A DNA stretch of 64,000 nt from positions 230,084,001-230,148,000 of the forward strand of contig NC_086097.1 in NCBI RefSeq assembly GCF_963921235.1, given 5' to 3'. The notes under the pieces were generated by a model. The model was not told the origin of the DNA. It did no database searches and worked only from the letters and a program-made list of their open reading frames with translations. Numbering within the stretch: position 1 is the stretch's first letter; every line of letters begins with the position of its first letter. Positions 27,791 to 41,189 of the stretch are shown here, piece by piece. Position numbers and translations under genes: made by a program. Origin of the DNA: Mobula hypostoma (lineage: Eukaryota).

Positions 27791-28433
27791 CTAACGTATT
27801 GCTTTGTTCTGGTCTACAAGTCACTGAACAATAGTGACTAGACATTGAATCAAAACAGTTAACAAGGAAGGGGGATGGGGGGGTGGGGAGGTGGTTGAGT
27901 AGAGTTGGGAATGGTATGATCAGCATCCAAATTAAGGCCTGAGTGGTAAAACAAATGGTCATCAACAGTGTATATCAGAACAAAAATCGGGGGAAATTGA
28001 TTGACGGTGGAAGAGAAAAAAGTAAAATAAAGGGTAATAGAGTCATAGAAAAGTACAGCACTGAAACAGGCCATTTGGCCCATCTAGTCTGTGCCAAACC
28101 ACAAACTACTTACTCTCATCAATCTACACCTGGACCATAGCCCTCCATACCCCTACTATCCATATACATATCCAAATTTCTCTTAAACATTACAAAAAAA
28201 ACGAGCTCATATGCACCACTTGCATTGGCAACTTGTTCTTCACTCAGAGGGTGGTGAGAGTGTGGAAGTTTCCCCTCATATTCCCCTTAAACTTCTCTCC
28301 TTTCACCCTTAACCCATGACCTCTGGTGATAGCCCCACCTGACCTCAGTGGAGTAAACTGGCTTGCACTTACCCTATCTATACCCTTCAATTTTGTATAT
28401 CTGTATCAAATCTCCTCTCAATCCTTTATGTTA

Positions 28434-30762
28434 TAGACAACAGACAATAGGTGCAGGAGTAAGCCATTTGGCCCTTTGAGCCAGCACCACCATTCACTGT
28501 GATCATGGCTGATCATCCACAATCAGTATCCAGTTCCTGCCTTATCCCCATAACCTTTGATTCCACCATCTGTAAGAGCTCTATCCATCTCTTTCTTGAA
28601 AACATCCAGAGACTTGGCCTCCACAGCCTTCTGGGGCAGAGCATTCCATATATCTACCACTCTCTGGGTGAAAAAGTTTTTTCCTCAACTCCATTCTAAA
28701 TAGCCTACCCCTTATTCTTAAACTGTGGCCTCTGGCTCTGAACTCACCCATCAGCGGGAACATGCTTCCTGCCTCCAGCGTGTCCAATCTCTTAATAATC
28801 TTATATGTTTCAATAAGATCCCCTCTCAGCCTTCTAAATTCCAGAGTATACAAGCCCAGTCACTCCAATCTTTCAACATATGACAGTCCTGCCATCCCAG
28901 GAATTAACCTTGTGAACCTACGCTGCACTCCCTCAATAGCAAGAATGTCCTTCCTCAAATTTGGAGACCAAAACTGCACACAGTACTCCAGGTGTGGTTT
29001 CACCGGGGCTCTGTACAGCTGCAGAAGGACCTCTTTGCTCTTATACTCAATTCCCCTTGTTATGAAGGCTAGCATGCCATTATCTTTCTTCACTGCCTGC
29101 TGTACTTGCATGCTTGCTTTCAGTGACTGATGTAGAAGAACACCTAGATCTCGTTGTGCTTCCCCTTTTCCTAACTTGACTCCATTTAGATAATAATCTG
29201 CCTTCCCGTTCTTGCCACCAAAGTGGATAATTTCACATTTATCCACATTAAACTGCATCTGCCATGCATCTGCCCACTCACCCAGCCTGTCCAAGTCACC
29301 CTGCATTCTCATAACATCCTCCTCACATTTCATAGTGCCACCCAGTTTTGTGTCATCGGCAAATTTGCTAATGTTACTTTTAATTCCCTCATCTAAATCA
29401 TTAATATATATTGTAAACAGCTGCGGTCCCAGCACTGAACCCTGCGGTACCCCACTGGTCACCGCCTGCCATTCCGAAAGGGACCCATTAATCGCTACTC
29501 TTTGTTTCCTGTCAGCCAGCCAATTTTCAATCCATGTTAGCACTCTGCCCCCAATACCATGTGCCCTAATTTTGCCCACTAATCTCCTATGTGGGACTTT
29601 ATCAAAGGCTTTCTTAAAGTCCAGGTACACTACATCCACTGGCTCTCCCTTGTCCATTTTCATAGTTACATCCTCAAAAAATTCCAGAAGATTAGTCAAG
29701 CACAATTTCCCCTTCGTAAATCCATGCTGACTTGGACCGATCCTGTTACTGCTATCCAGATGTGTCATAATTTCATCTTTTATAATTGACTCCAGCATCT
29801 TTCCCACCACCGACGTCAGGCTAACCGGTCTATAATTTCCTGTTTTCTCTCTTCCTCTCTTCTTGAAGAGAGGGACAACATTAGCCACCCTCCAATCCAC
29901 AGGAACTGATTCTGAATCTATAGAACATTGGAAAATGATTACCAATGCGTCCACGATTTCTGAAGCCACCTCCTTAAGTACCTTGGGATGCAGACCATCA
30001 GGTCCCGGGGACTTATCAGCCTTCGGACCCAACAGTCTATCCAACACCATTTCCTGCCTAATATAAATTTCCTTCAATTCATCCATTACCCTAGGTCCTT
30101 TGGCCACTATTACATCTGGGAGATTGTTTGTGTCTTCCCTAGTGAAGACAGATCCAAAGTACCTGTTCAACTCGTCTGCCATTTCCTTGTTCCCCATAAT
30201 AAATTCATCCGCTTCTGTCTTCAAGGGCCCAATTTTGGTCTTAACTATTTTTTCCCTTTTCACATACCTAAAGAAGCTTTTACTATCCTCCTTTATATTC
30301 CTGGCTAGTTTACCTTCGTACCTCATTTTTCTCCGCATATTGCCTTTTTAGTTACCTTCTGTTGCTCTTTAAAAGTTTCCCAAACCTCCGGCTTCCCACT
30401 CGTCTTTGCTATGTTATACTTCTTCTCTCTTATTTTTATACTGTCCATTACTTCCCTTGTCAGCCACGGCCTCCCCTTACTCCCCTTAGGATCTTTCTTC
30501 CTCTTTGGAACGAACTGATCCTGCACCTTCCGCATTATTCCCAGAAACACTTGCCATTGCTGTTCCACTGTCATCCCTGCTAGGGTATTGTTCCATTGAA
30601 CTTTGGCCAGCTCTTCCCTTATAGCACCACAGTTCCCTTTGTTCAACTGTAATACTGACACTTCCGAGTTTCCCTTCTCCCTCTCAAATTGTAGATTAAA
30701 ACTTATATTATGGTCACTACCTCCTAATGGCTCCTTTACCTCGAGGTCCCTGATCAAATCCG
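28434..30762 (-). mobile_element. 5'-truncated CR1 LINE nested in an older CR1 fragment
   Basis: 492-aa RT ORF 28860-30338 plus an endonuclease C-terminal end (GSDHN). The host CR1 fragment runs ~28040-28430 and resumes at ~30770-30830. Confidence 0.95.
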
Positions 30763-32614
30763 GTATTGCAAGGAATGAAGTCCTCTCCTATTCAATATTT
30801 CTTTATAACTCAGGTCCCTCAGACCCAGCAACAAAGAAAGAGCATTTGCGAAGCAAATAGGAAAGAAATTAAGTTTGGTGCTAGTATCATCTGTAAAGGA
30901 GGGCAGGGGCTGGAAATGTCCATGTTTTCAGTGTAAGTTATGGAAACATGGCTTGCACTTACCGCCTAATAAACTGTACACAGTGGGATGCAAGAGGCAT
31001 TCATTCTACAATGTTTATATAGATGTTTGCAGCTGAAACCAGACACTTTTCTGATTTTAAAACATTGTGGAACTTGTGGGTTACTTACATTGAACCAGGT
31101 TTTCAGATTCACATCAGCTGCACTTCTACTATTTTTAAAACTCTGCTTACTATCTGCTGTCCGGAGGTAGTCAGGGGTCACAAGGCATAACTAGAAGTTG
31201 TCCCATTGAATGAGGTGCACTCATTTCTCCAGCTGCTACATCTTTGCCACAATTTGTTCTGCAGAACTTTGGCTAAAATACTACATACTCTGCGATTTAA
31301 TACACGTTCTCCAACTTGATCAGATGGTCACAGCCACCATCAGAAACTGGCAAATACCTGCTGCATCCAATGCTGGTACACAGACAGAAATCCCTTTACG
31401 CCCAACTTCAGTGCACTGAACCTTCAGCGCTTGGGAAACGTTTCTGCACACTGAAGTTACAGATTGGAGTTGCCAGATACAAATTCTAAGCAAACAGTAT
31501 ACAATTTAGCTTGATGTTATTACAAGTGCCGACAGTCCAAATTCATGAGCCAATGTTATTGATGTACAATGATGGGAGAAATGATAAATGAACATATTTG
31601 TGCAATATAGTTTACTGATTTTTTTTCTAGCCATAGAATATTCAGACTGAGGATAATCGTTCAAAACAATGGCAGCTTAAAAAAAATTCATATCAAGAAA
31701 AATGGAATTTTAAAAGGTTCTCATCACAGATTATTAATCAAATTACGCACTCAGTAAATGTCTGTCTATAAATAAGTGTACATTTCCATTAAAACAATGG
31801 CAATTAGATTGAGTAGAAAGAAATATAATAGCAGAGAATAAAACATGAAGCCAGAATTATCATTGTCTTTCAACATGACAACCAGGTAACTTTGTCAGTT
31901 ATATACAGTTCCACCCCACGCCTTGTTTGGTGCATTGGGTAGCAACCTTGCTGTTTCTTAAACATTTGTCTGTTTTACGAGATCAAATTGCTAGCTCAGC
32001 ACCCAATCCAGCTCAGATGAAAAGCATGCAAGGAGCTGGCCAGATTTGAACCTGGGACATCTTGTCTGGATACCACTACGCCACTGGCACAAACTAGTTA
32101 CACAGAGCCCTGTTGCTAATCAAGTTAATTATTCGCTCTTTACTATGTTGAATATGAGAGTCAATTATAGGAAAAGGATTAAAAAAAAAGAAACTGCAAG
32201 GTCTTATTGCATCTATTAAGTACCATAAATAAACATTCAAATGAAGTCAAAACCTAAAGCAAAGTGAGCAAAATATCATAGAAGTTCCTTGAATGAATAA
32301 ACATTATCTTCTGATGCTGCAAAATCTTCCAGCCATTCCTCGTCTGACCTGTTACAAGGTTTCAGCTTGACATACTGCAAGGATCAGGAACATGATTTCT
32401 TCATTTCCCCCAGGGCACACTGCAGTCCTTTAACTAGCTTTTGCAGACATTATCCAAATTCTTTCCACCTTAGAGTCACATATGCCTCACCAAGGGGAAC
32501 TGCAATTCAGACTTACTGAATGAGTAGGTTTTTTTTATGATATTGTGCTGGAAGCTATATCAACCCATTCCACTGTTCTTACAAGCACAAATAAAACCAT
32601 TTGTTTTTACACTT

Positions 32615-33340
32615 TTTTGTATTTTTTTTCTCACGGTAGCACGTCGAAGCTGCACCCTCTCTAACATGCTGGTAGAGAGAGTTTTATTTGGGTTTTCTTT
32701 AGCGCTGGAAATGGTTACATCCCGACACACGGGACAGAAGCAAAGTCGCATTGTGTACTCCACGGACCAGCAAAGACCGGCCGGCTTAGCGAACAGAGCG
32801 GTGGACACCCCTCCTGAAATCCGGAGAAAAACACACAGAGGGGGATCACAAAGCCGAGGAAAGAGGACCGGGTTGAGACAACAGAGACTTTTGGAGAAGA
32901 GGAGTTCGGTGGGTAATACCGTTCCGGCTAACCGGAAGTGCACTGAGAGCGGTAAGCGTACAGGAGTTGGGTGCTTACTGTTCTGGCTAACAACGGATGG
33001 TGCAATCCGGGGCATATTACAATCGAGGAACGTGTTTGCAGACTGGATATTGAACTTTTTACTGTTGGATTTCAGCCACATTCCACCGTGATACAACACT
33101 TGGCAGCACGGGAGGTCGTTCCTGCCTGTGGCCATCGAACGTGCAGCTCCTCCCGTGGAGGGTCAGACACCCTGAGCCAATAGACTGGTCCTGGACTTAT
33201 TTTCCATCCGGCATAGTTTGTATTTTGGTGCTTGATTGTTGGGGTTTTATGCATTGCTATATTTACGCTCTATTCTTGGTTGGTGCAGCTGTAACGAAAC
33301 CAATTTCCCTCGGGATTAATAAAGTATATCTATCTATCTA
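32615..33340 (+). mobile_element. Second copy of the bipartite Rex1-like element
   Basis: Colinear with 60315-61170, same junction, extra internal deletion, (TATC)n tail. Confidence 0.7.
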
Positions 33341-33635
33341 TCCATATCTTGAGTGTCTTTAACTCAGAAACACAGTATGTTTCTTTAATTAATTTTAATT
33401 AAAAGTTGCAAGGTGCTAATTCTATTCAACAATTGATACGATTGTTAATAAACAGCTACTGAGCTTCTTGGACAAAGTTACCTCCAGTTCCACCTACATA
33501 AATTTGTACAGAGGTAAAAATGTCTCCAAAATAGCAATCAACATTAACTGGGTAAAATAATGTCGAACAATAGCACTATTGCATCAAAGTTGCTGGTGAA
33601 CGCAGCAGGCCAGGCAGCATCTCTAGGAAGAGGTA

Positions 33636-33672
33636 CAGTCGACGTTTCGGGCCGAGACCCTTCGTCAGGACT
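33636..33672 (-). ncRNA. Minimal hammerhead ribozyme motif, intact core
   Basis: Exact reverse complement of the 33923-33959 motif. Confidence 0.8.
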
Positions 33673-33922
33673 AACTGAAGGAATAGCTTGTAAGAGATTT
33701 GAAAGTGGGAGGGGGAGGGGAGATCCAAAATGATAGGAGAAGACAGGAGGGGGAGGGATGGAGCCAAGAGCTGGATGGGTGATCATGATCCTCTCATATC
33801 CCTTTTGCCAATCAACCGTCCAGCTCTTGGCTCCATCCCTCCCCCTCCTGTCTTCTCCTATCATTTTGGATCTCCCCCTCCCCCTCCCACTTTCAAGTCT
33901 CTTACTAGCTCTTCCTTCAGTT

Positions 33923-33959
33923 AGTCCTGACGAAGGGTCTCGGCCCGAAACGTCGACTG
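33923..33959 (+). ncRNA. Minimal hammerhead ribozyme motif, Penelope-associated, intact core
   Basis: AGUC-CUGACGA-A-GGGU(CUCG)GCCC-GAAAC-GUC-GACUG: conserved core, stem II, palindromic ACGU stem III, GUC cleavage triplet, and stem I AGUC/GACU. Confidence 0.8.
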
Positions 33960-34994
33960 TACCTCTTCCTAGAGATGCTGCCTGGCCTGCTGCGTTCACC
34001 AGCAACTTTGATGTGTGTGGCTTGAATTTCCAGCATCTGCAGAATTCCTCGTGTTAGCATTATTGCATTTTGCACCATAAACGTAAATTGGGACTGCAAG
34101 AATTTACTAAAATTCAAGACTTAGCACCATTTACAAGTGCTAAAAATGTAGCATGTGTCTCACCCTCTAATTCAACTACAAAGTCTTACTTAAATGAATA
34201 ACATTAAAGTAACATTTTTTTTTGGCTTTTCACTAGAAGCTTTTTTTATGCCATGGACCAATACCATAAAGGTGTTCGTGTCCCCAGGTTGGAAATATCA
34301 GTTGACATGCAGTGTATATCCAACACATGCTAATACAGTGAACCTCTCCCACAGATTTTTGAGAATTGGAGACAAGCTCATTTGTGGACAAGATATTCCC
34401 AAATAAAGCCAAAGGTGCAATGAACAGTGTTTTTTTTAGGAGTCAGAAAAGTACAGAACAGAAACAGGCCCTACGGCCCATCTAGTCCATGCTAAACCAT
34501 TTAAACTATCTACTCCCAAAGACGACTTAAACTGTCTATTCCCAGGGACCACAACCCACCCCCATACTCTTACCATCCAAGTACCTATCCAAACTTCTCT
34601 TAAACATTGAAATTGAGCTCACATGCACCGATTGTGCTGGCAGCTCATTTCACACTCTCATGACCCTCTAAGAGAAGTAGTTTTCCCTCACGTTCCCCTC
34701 AGGTTCCCCTTTCACCCTTAACCCATGACCTGTGGTTGTAGTCCCTCCCAACCTCAGGAGAAAAAAAACCTGCTTGCATTTACTCTATCTGTACCTCTCA
34801 ATATTATTAATAAAGTCCTAACCTATTCAATCTTTCCTTATAACCCAGGCCCTCCAGACCTGGCAACAGACTTGCAAATTTTCTCTGTATTCTTTCAACT
34901 TTATTTACATCTTTCCTGTAAAGATGCAAGAACGTAAAGAGGGAAAGTGTGTGATGTCCTTGTCCACTCGTCCCTTCCTTCTGATCTACCTCCT

Positions 34995-35790
34995 GCTACT
35001 TTATCCCTGTATGCATGACAAGTGCTACACCTGCCCAAACACCTCCCCCCACCCTAACCCCCACCACCAGTCAAGGACAAAAACAGTCCTTCCAAGTGAA
35101 GGAATGCCTCACTTGCAAGTCTCTGAGTTACTTTCTCACATGCTCCTGGAGCCGCCTCCTCTGCATCGGTGAGACCCGACATAGATTAGGGGCTATTTCA
35201 AAAGACAGACTCTCCCTGTGGTTACCCATTTCAGTTCAACTTCCCATTCTCACAGGTCTGTCCATGGTCCCTTCTACCGCCATGCTGAGGCCACACTCCA
35301 ACTGAGATGCTGCTCCTGCATTTTCCATCTGGTTAGTCTCAGACCAGAAGGCATGAACATCAATTACTCTAACTTCCCCCGCCTCTTTTTCCATTCCCAT
35401 TTTGGTTCCCCCTCACCCCTTCTCTTCTCATCAGCCTACTTCCTCCCTCTGGAGCACCCCCCCTCTTCCATGGCACACTGTCCCTCTCCTATTAGATTCC
35501 TTCTTCTCAACCTCTTCCCTCTCCCACTTATCACTTCCCAGTTTCATACTTTAACCCACCTACCAACCTTCCCCTTCACCTGGTCTCAACCTACCAGCTT
35601 GTTGTTCTTCCCTTCACCCCACCTTCTTAATCTGACATCTGCCCCTTCCTTTCCAGTCCTGATGAAGGGTGTCAGCCCAAAAGGTCAGCTGTTTACTCCC
35701 TTCCATGGATGCTACCTGCCTTCCTGTGTTCCTCCAGCATTTTGCTTGCATTACCCAAGCTCTCCTTCATCGGCAGAATCTCTTGTGTTT
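34995..35790 (+). mobile_element. Degenerate Penelope-like 3' fragment
   Basis: KQSFQVKECLTC...LLCIGETRHRLG, then a pyrimidine-rich UTR and a degenerate hammerhead at ~35654-35690. Confidence 0.7.
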
Positions 35791-37788
35791 AGAAAGCACG
35801 CCCAGCTCCCTGGCCCAGAAGATAAACTCTCCTCAGGCAAAGACAGCTCTTGAAAATTATCTCATGGTTCTTAAGTACCAAAATGCTGTGTATCTATTAC
35901 ATGAGAGGATGTTTTAAAAAATGACGAGATCACTATCACAAGAAGGACCATGTTACATGATTAATTATTAAAACACTGCTTTTCCTGCAGTCACTCTTCA
36001 CAATTGTGTATACTTGATGCCTTTGCCACTCTTGAGCAAATGCATGAAAGGGATTCTCAGTTGTGGGCAAGCATAATATGATACACCACATTGGCAATAA
36101 GGATGGGTCACACAGAGTTCCCAGGCTGTAGACTGCGTTAAGTTTTTGTATGGTGGCAAGATAGAAAACTAAAAGGCATTTCTGGCAATTAAGTGATTAG
36201 GATTCCCCAAAATGAAACTAAGGGTTCAGATTAGGTTTGGTGCAGGCACAAATGGAGTGTACTAAAATGCTGAGGAACTCCAGTGTGGAGGGGGCTGATG
36301 GGGGTGGAAATAGGGGTTGGATCAGTTTGGACATGTTCTGCTGGGTTAATACACCATAAAGGCAATGGGTAGCAATGCTGAAACACAGAATGTAGTTCAG
36401 AATTGGGATTCAAAACTGATGCAGCATCAGCAGACCTGTTGCCTTTGCGATAAAGCAACTGATACTCAACTTGAAAAAACAACTTAAGCTAGACGCATGC
36501 CACAAACCTGCACTGATCCAAAGTATTTCAGTTAGGATTTCAATCCTCATATCAAGATAGCAGAAGCATTAACTGGGGATTACCAGTCTGAAGGACTTGT
36601 CAAAACAACACAAATTTGGAACACTTTTGTAGGTCGGTTTATGGATACAGGCCTCCCGCTTCTGACACAGCTCTTTACTTTCCTGAAGTCAGAAAGAATG
36701 GATGGAAGTGATACAGTACGACAAATGTGAAGGTGCTTACATCAGCACAAGCTGCAGATGCAAATTTATCTGGCAAAGCAATACGAATGGGTTTATCAGG
36801 CACATTTTCTCCATCGGCACCTGGTAACTGATATACAGAGGTTTATTTAAAATTATAGGAAACAAGCTAACCGCCAGAGTCAGAGAAATGGGAAACCATG
36901 ATTCCTGTGAATGTAAAATGGTCTATAACCAATATATAACCAATTATGTCTGGCCAGGACAGGACAGAAGCAAAACCACAAGTCAGTATTTGGGAAAGCA
37001 TGTGACCTTAAGGCACAGCTTCAGGCATCCATCAGCTCGAGCCATGGAAAAAAGCACTTCAGAGGCAGGGAGGCAGAGACCACCTATTGCAGAAACTACA
37101 AGTGAAATGGCTCAGGAAGCAGCTTCCAATGAGATCTGCACATTAATGATGAAGCAGTAGATTGCAGCAGCACAACCATACGAGGATAAGAATATGCATA
37201 ATCCTTCTCTTCCTAAGCTTCTCTAGGGAGAAGTTGGCAACAAGTGGTCCCCATATGACTCCGGGCAGCAGCCTTGTCCGTACTTCCACTGTTTCCATTG
37301 CAGCTGCTTATACAATGCTTCCTTCCATACCAGTGCTCATTGTGGTTCTGTTGGTAATTTCCTCCACAAGCCACTTGAGAACATCTGTTCCCGTTCCGAC
37401 ATTCCTCTCACCCTCATCATTCCAGAAACGTGGCAAGCTTCTCCTCAACTTCACCTTCCAACCCAGACTCCTTTTTGGATGGGTTAAGCCCTGACTAGTC
37501 CACCGCGAGGCCACAAATCACAACAGGATTCGAAAAGGGAATGATCCCTCCAGGGGACGTTGAATGGCTTTGATATTTCCGGTAGTGTCCACTCCTCTTC
37601 GCTCTGCACCATCCTGAGCAGTAAGGTATGTATCAGCATTACTTGAACAACCCATCAGACCTCTCATCCAGTGGGGTTTTGAAAATGGCAAAAATACACA
37701 AAATTATAGGGATTGGCATACCGAACAGGTATGGAACATTCAGCCACTTAAACCTAGCAATTATAAAACATGTTCCTTGCCCCTTTAG

Positions 37789-38225
37789 ATTAGATTATAT
37801 TCAACTTTATTGTCATTGTGTCAAGTACAGATACAAAGCCAATGAAATGCAGTTAGCATCTGACCAGAAATGCAAAGAATAGTGTTATTTACAAAATAAC
37901 TGCGAATAAAAAGTGCTACAGCACACAAATATAAAAGTACTGAGACAGTACAATATGGATGCAATACTGCTTAGCACCGTGATGAGAGGTTCAGCAGGGT
38001 CACAGCCTCAGGGAAGAAGCGCTTCCTGTGCCTGCTGGTGCGGGAGCGGAGGCTCCTGTAGCGCCTACCAGATGGGAAGAGAGTAAAAAGCCCACGGTTA
38101 GGGTGAGATGCATCCCTGATAATTCTTTTCGCCCTGCCCAGGCAGCGTTTATGGCAGATGTTCTCAATGGTGGGCAATTGGGTGCCGATAATCCGCTGGG
38201 CAGTTTTCACCACATGCCGGAGAGC
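37789..38225 (-). mobile_element. Rex1/Babar-type LINE 3' end
   Basis: VVKTAQRIIGTQLP...IIRDASHP...LFPSGRRYRSLRSRTSR; tail (ATCTA)n. Confidence 0.8.
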
Positions 38226-39274
38226 TTTTTTTATATTCTTAAAACACAAATTTTAGTCCAATTCACTTTTAAAATTGTCAGCTGACCAGGCTGTTGTTTT
38301 CATGCTTGTGGGTGTTGGGGGGGTGGGGGAGGGAGTTGATGCCTTTTCTTTCATCACCACCCATGGTCTTTCTGTATTTAACGGCTATCTGGCGAAAACA
38401 AATATTATACATACATACTTTGACAGTAAAATGAACCTTTGAGGAAGACATTTTTCTAGTACCTGAAAGAAATAGTCCTGACATCAGCTTGTTTTACTGC
38501 CACTTAATTCTGATCTTGCACATCAGAAGTGATAGCCTCCCTAAGCAACCCCTCCAGATCCTCTGTAAAACAGAAAATGCTGGAATCATTCTGGCGACAT
38601 CTGTGGAATGAGAAACAGTAGAGTTCCAGGTCCTGAACTGGCGAGGTATCCCAGACCCAAAACTTTCAACTGTTTCTCTTTCCACTGATTCTGCTTAATC
38701 TGCCCTGCGATTCCAGCATCCTCTATTTTTATTTCAGACTTCTAGCATCATTTCTTGTTTTTCCATTTCCAAATCCTTTGATCCTCTCAAACACCAGAAA
38801 TGGCATGGGAATTAACATTACATCAGCTGCTCTACGCTAGAGTTTCCTTTCATCCTCCTGCATCACACACCCACCACATCATTGTATTCCTTTTTCACTT
38901 CAGCTTGGAACTTGACAGTTAAATTTAAGAAACAAGATTACATTGTGAATTTCTTTCAAAAGCAGAACAGCAGTGAGAAACATTCAGTGATACAGTTTAT
39001 TTTCCCCCTGTCAAAGATATGCTTAATGTATTTATTTTTGCTTTAATCAGAACCCCCAACCCCCCGTTGGGAACTTCATGTAAAAATATTGGAAATGCCA
39101 AGCATTAAACACTATATTAAATAATTTTAAGCATTGTGAAGTCACTTGTTAGTTTAAACAAAATAAAGATTAGGTAAATCATTAAAACTTATTAATGGTA
39201 CAATAAAGGACACATTTTTTTCTGTATGTTGGAGTCCTCTCAATATGGAAGGAATATTAAGCAAGAACACAATA

Positions 39275-40148
39275 ATAAGAAATAGGAGCAGGAGTAGGCT
39301 ATCTGGCCCGTCGAGCCTGCTCCGCCATTCAATAAGATCATGGCTGATCTGGCCATGGACTCGTCTCCACCTACCTGCCTTTTCCCCATAACCCTCAATT
39401 CCCTTACTATGCAAAAATCTATCCAACCTTGTCTTAAATATATTTACTGAGGTTGCCTCCGCTGCTTCATCAGGCAGAGAATTTCACAGATTCATCACTC
39501 TCTGGGGAAAGTTCATCTCTGTCCCAAATCTACTCCCCCAAATCTTGAGGCTTTGTCCCCTAGTTCTAGTTTCACCTACCAGTGGAAACAACTTTCCTGT
39601 CTCCATCTTATCTATCCCTTTCATAATTTTATATGTTTCTATAAGATCTCCTCTCATTCTTCTGAATTCCAGTGAGTACAGTCCCAGGCTCCTCAATCTC
39701 TCCTCATAGTCTAACTCCCTCATCTCTGGAATCAACCTGGTGAACCTCCTCTGCATTGCCTCCAAAGCCAGTATATCCTTCAAGTTAGGAGACCAGAACT
39801 GCACGCAGTACTCCAGGTATGGCCTCACCAGTACCCTGTACAGTTACAGCATAACCTCCCTGTTCTTCAATTCAATCCCTCTAGCAATGAAGGCCAACAT
39901 TTCATTTGCCTTCCCGATAGCCTGCTGCACCTGCAAACCAATCTTTCATGATTTATGCACAAGTCTCTCTGCACAGCAGCATGTTGCAATTTTTTTACCA
40001 TTACATAATAATCTGCTCTTTCATTTCCCCTTCCAAAGTGGATGACCTCGCATTTACCAACATTGTACTCCATGTGCCAGACCTTTGCCCCCTCACTTAG
40101 CCTATCTATATCCCTCGGTGGACTCTCCATGTCGTCTGCACAGCTTGC
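39275..40148 (-). mobile_element. CR1 3' fragment
   Basis: RPYLEYCVQFWSP and YNVGKCEVIHFG. Confidence 0.9.
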
Positions 40149-41189
40149 AAAAAAAAACCCTCACATTCTAATAGATCATGTAGTTTGATGACAAATTTTG
40201 CATGACAATGCTTTTGAATTTGAGGTGAATTTGAGACATTTTTCTTCATTAAAATTGTATAATTTCAAGTTGTTTTCGAGGAGATGGGACTCAACTAAAC
40301 TATAAGGTGTGCATCCCCTTAAGAAAGCCAAGCTTTGCCTGACCTGCCAGAGTTGGGCCTGCCAACTTTTCAATGCTGTTTTTCAGGATTTCCTCCTCAG
40401 TGCAGCATTTCCATACAAGGAATGCCTCTCCTCTCACCCCATGTAGATAGACGCTGCATTATAGAAGGAAACAACAGGATATGTAACCAAAAACACAGGC
40501 AAGGAACTAGATTTAATGGAATAGAGTATTAATAGAATAGAATAGTGTGGGCCTAAATCAAGGAAAGAACATGCAGCTAAAATGGCTGAAGGGGTTTGTC
40601 CCCAAGAGGAGCTACTTCCAAAATAAGTCATTGAACATGGACAGTACAGCACAGGAACAGGCCCTTTGATCCACAACGTTGTGCCAAAATTATTAAATTA
40701 GTAATCAAATGCCAATTAAACAAAAACCCTCTGCCTATACAATGTCTATATCCTTCCATTTTCCTCACATTTATGTGCCTACTTCACCATCTAGTAGAAG
40801 TCCCTAATGTATCTGCCTCTAACACCACCCCAGCAGCACATTCCAGGCACCCTCCATTCTCTCTGTATAAAAAACTTGCCCCTCGCATCTCCTTTGAAAT
40901 CACCCCTCACCTTAAATGCATGGTCTCTAGTATTAAATACTTCAACCCTGGGAATTACTGCCTCTGCCTGTCAGGAGTTTGCACGTTCTCCTCGTCACCA
41001 CGTGGGTTTCCTCCAGGTGCTCCAATTTCCTCCCACAGTCCAAAGACGTACCAGTTGATAGTTTAATTGGTCTTTATAGATTGTCTTACGATTAGGCTGG
41101 AACTAAATTGGAGGATTGCTGGATGGGACAGCATGGCTCAAAAGGCTGGAAGGGCCTTTTGAGCCATGCTGTATCTCAATAAAATAAAG

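Larger units (their letters stand above)
33585..34054. mobile_element. Penelope-derived fold-back (inverted) insertion
   Basis: Two ~200-bp inverted arms of the Penelope 3' end. Flanking duplication TAGCACTATTGCAT (33571-33584) / TAGCATTATTGCAT (34055-34068). Confidence 0.8.

Noticed and set aside
32537..33135. Overlapping 184-aa and 191-aa ORFs as novel genes
   Set aside because: They lie within the three-copy Rex1-derived repeat, whose frames differ between copies.
35218..35853. 211-aa ORF and similar P/S/L/F-rich ORFs
   Set aside because: Stop-poor translations of the pyrimidine-rich Penelope UTR.
40344..40453. Minus-strand exon candidate (VYLHGVRGEAFLVWKCC...)
   Set aside because: Weaker donor (GTCAGG), phase incompatible with the other candidates, and no recognisable homology.
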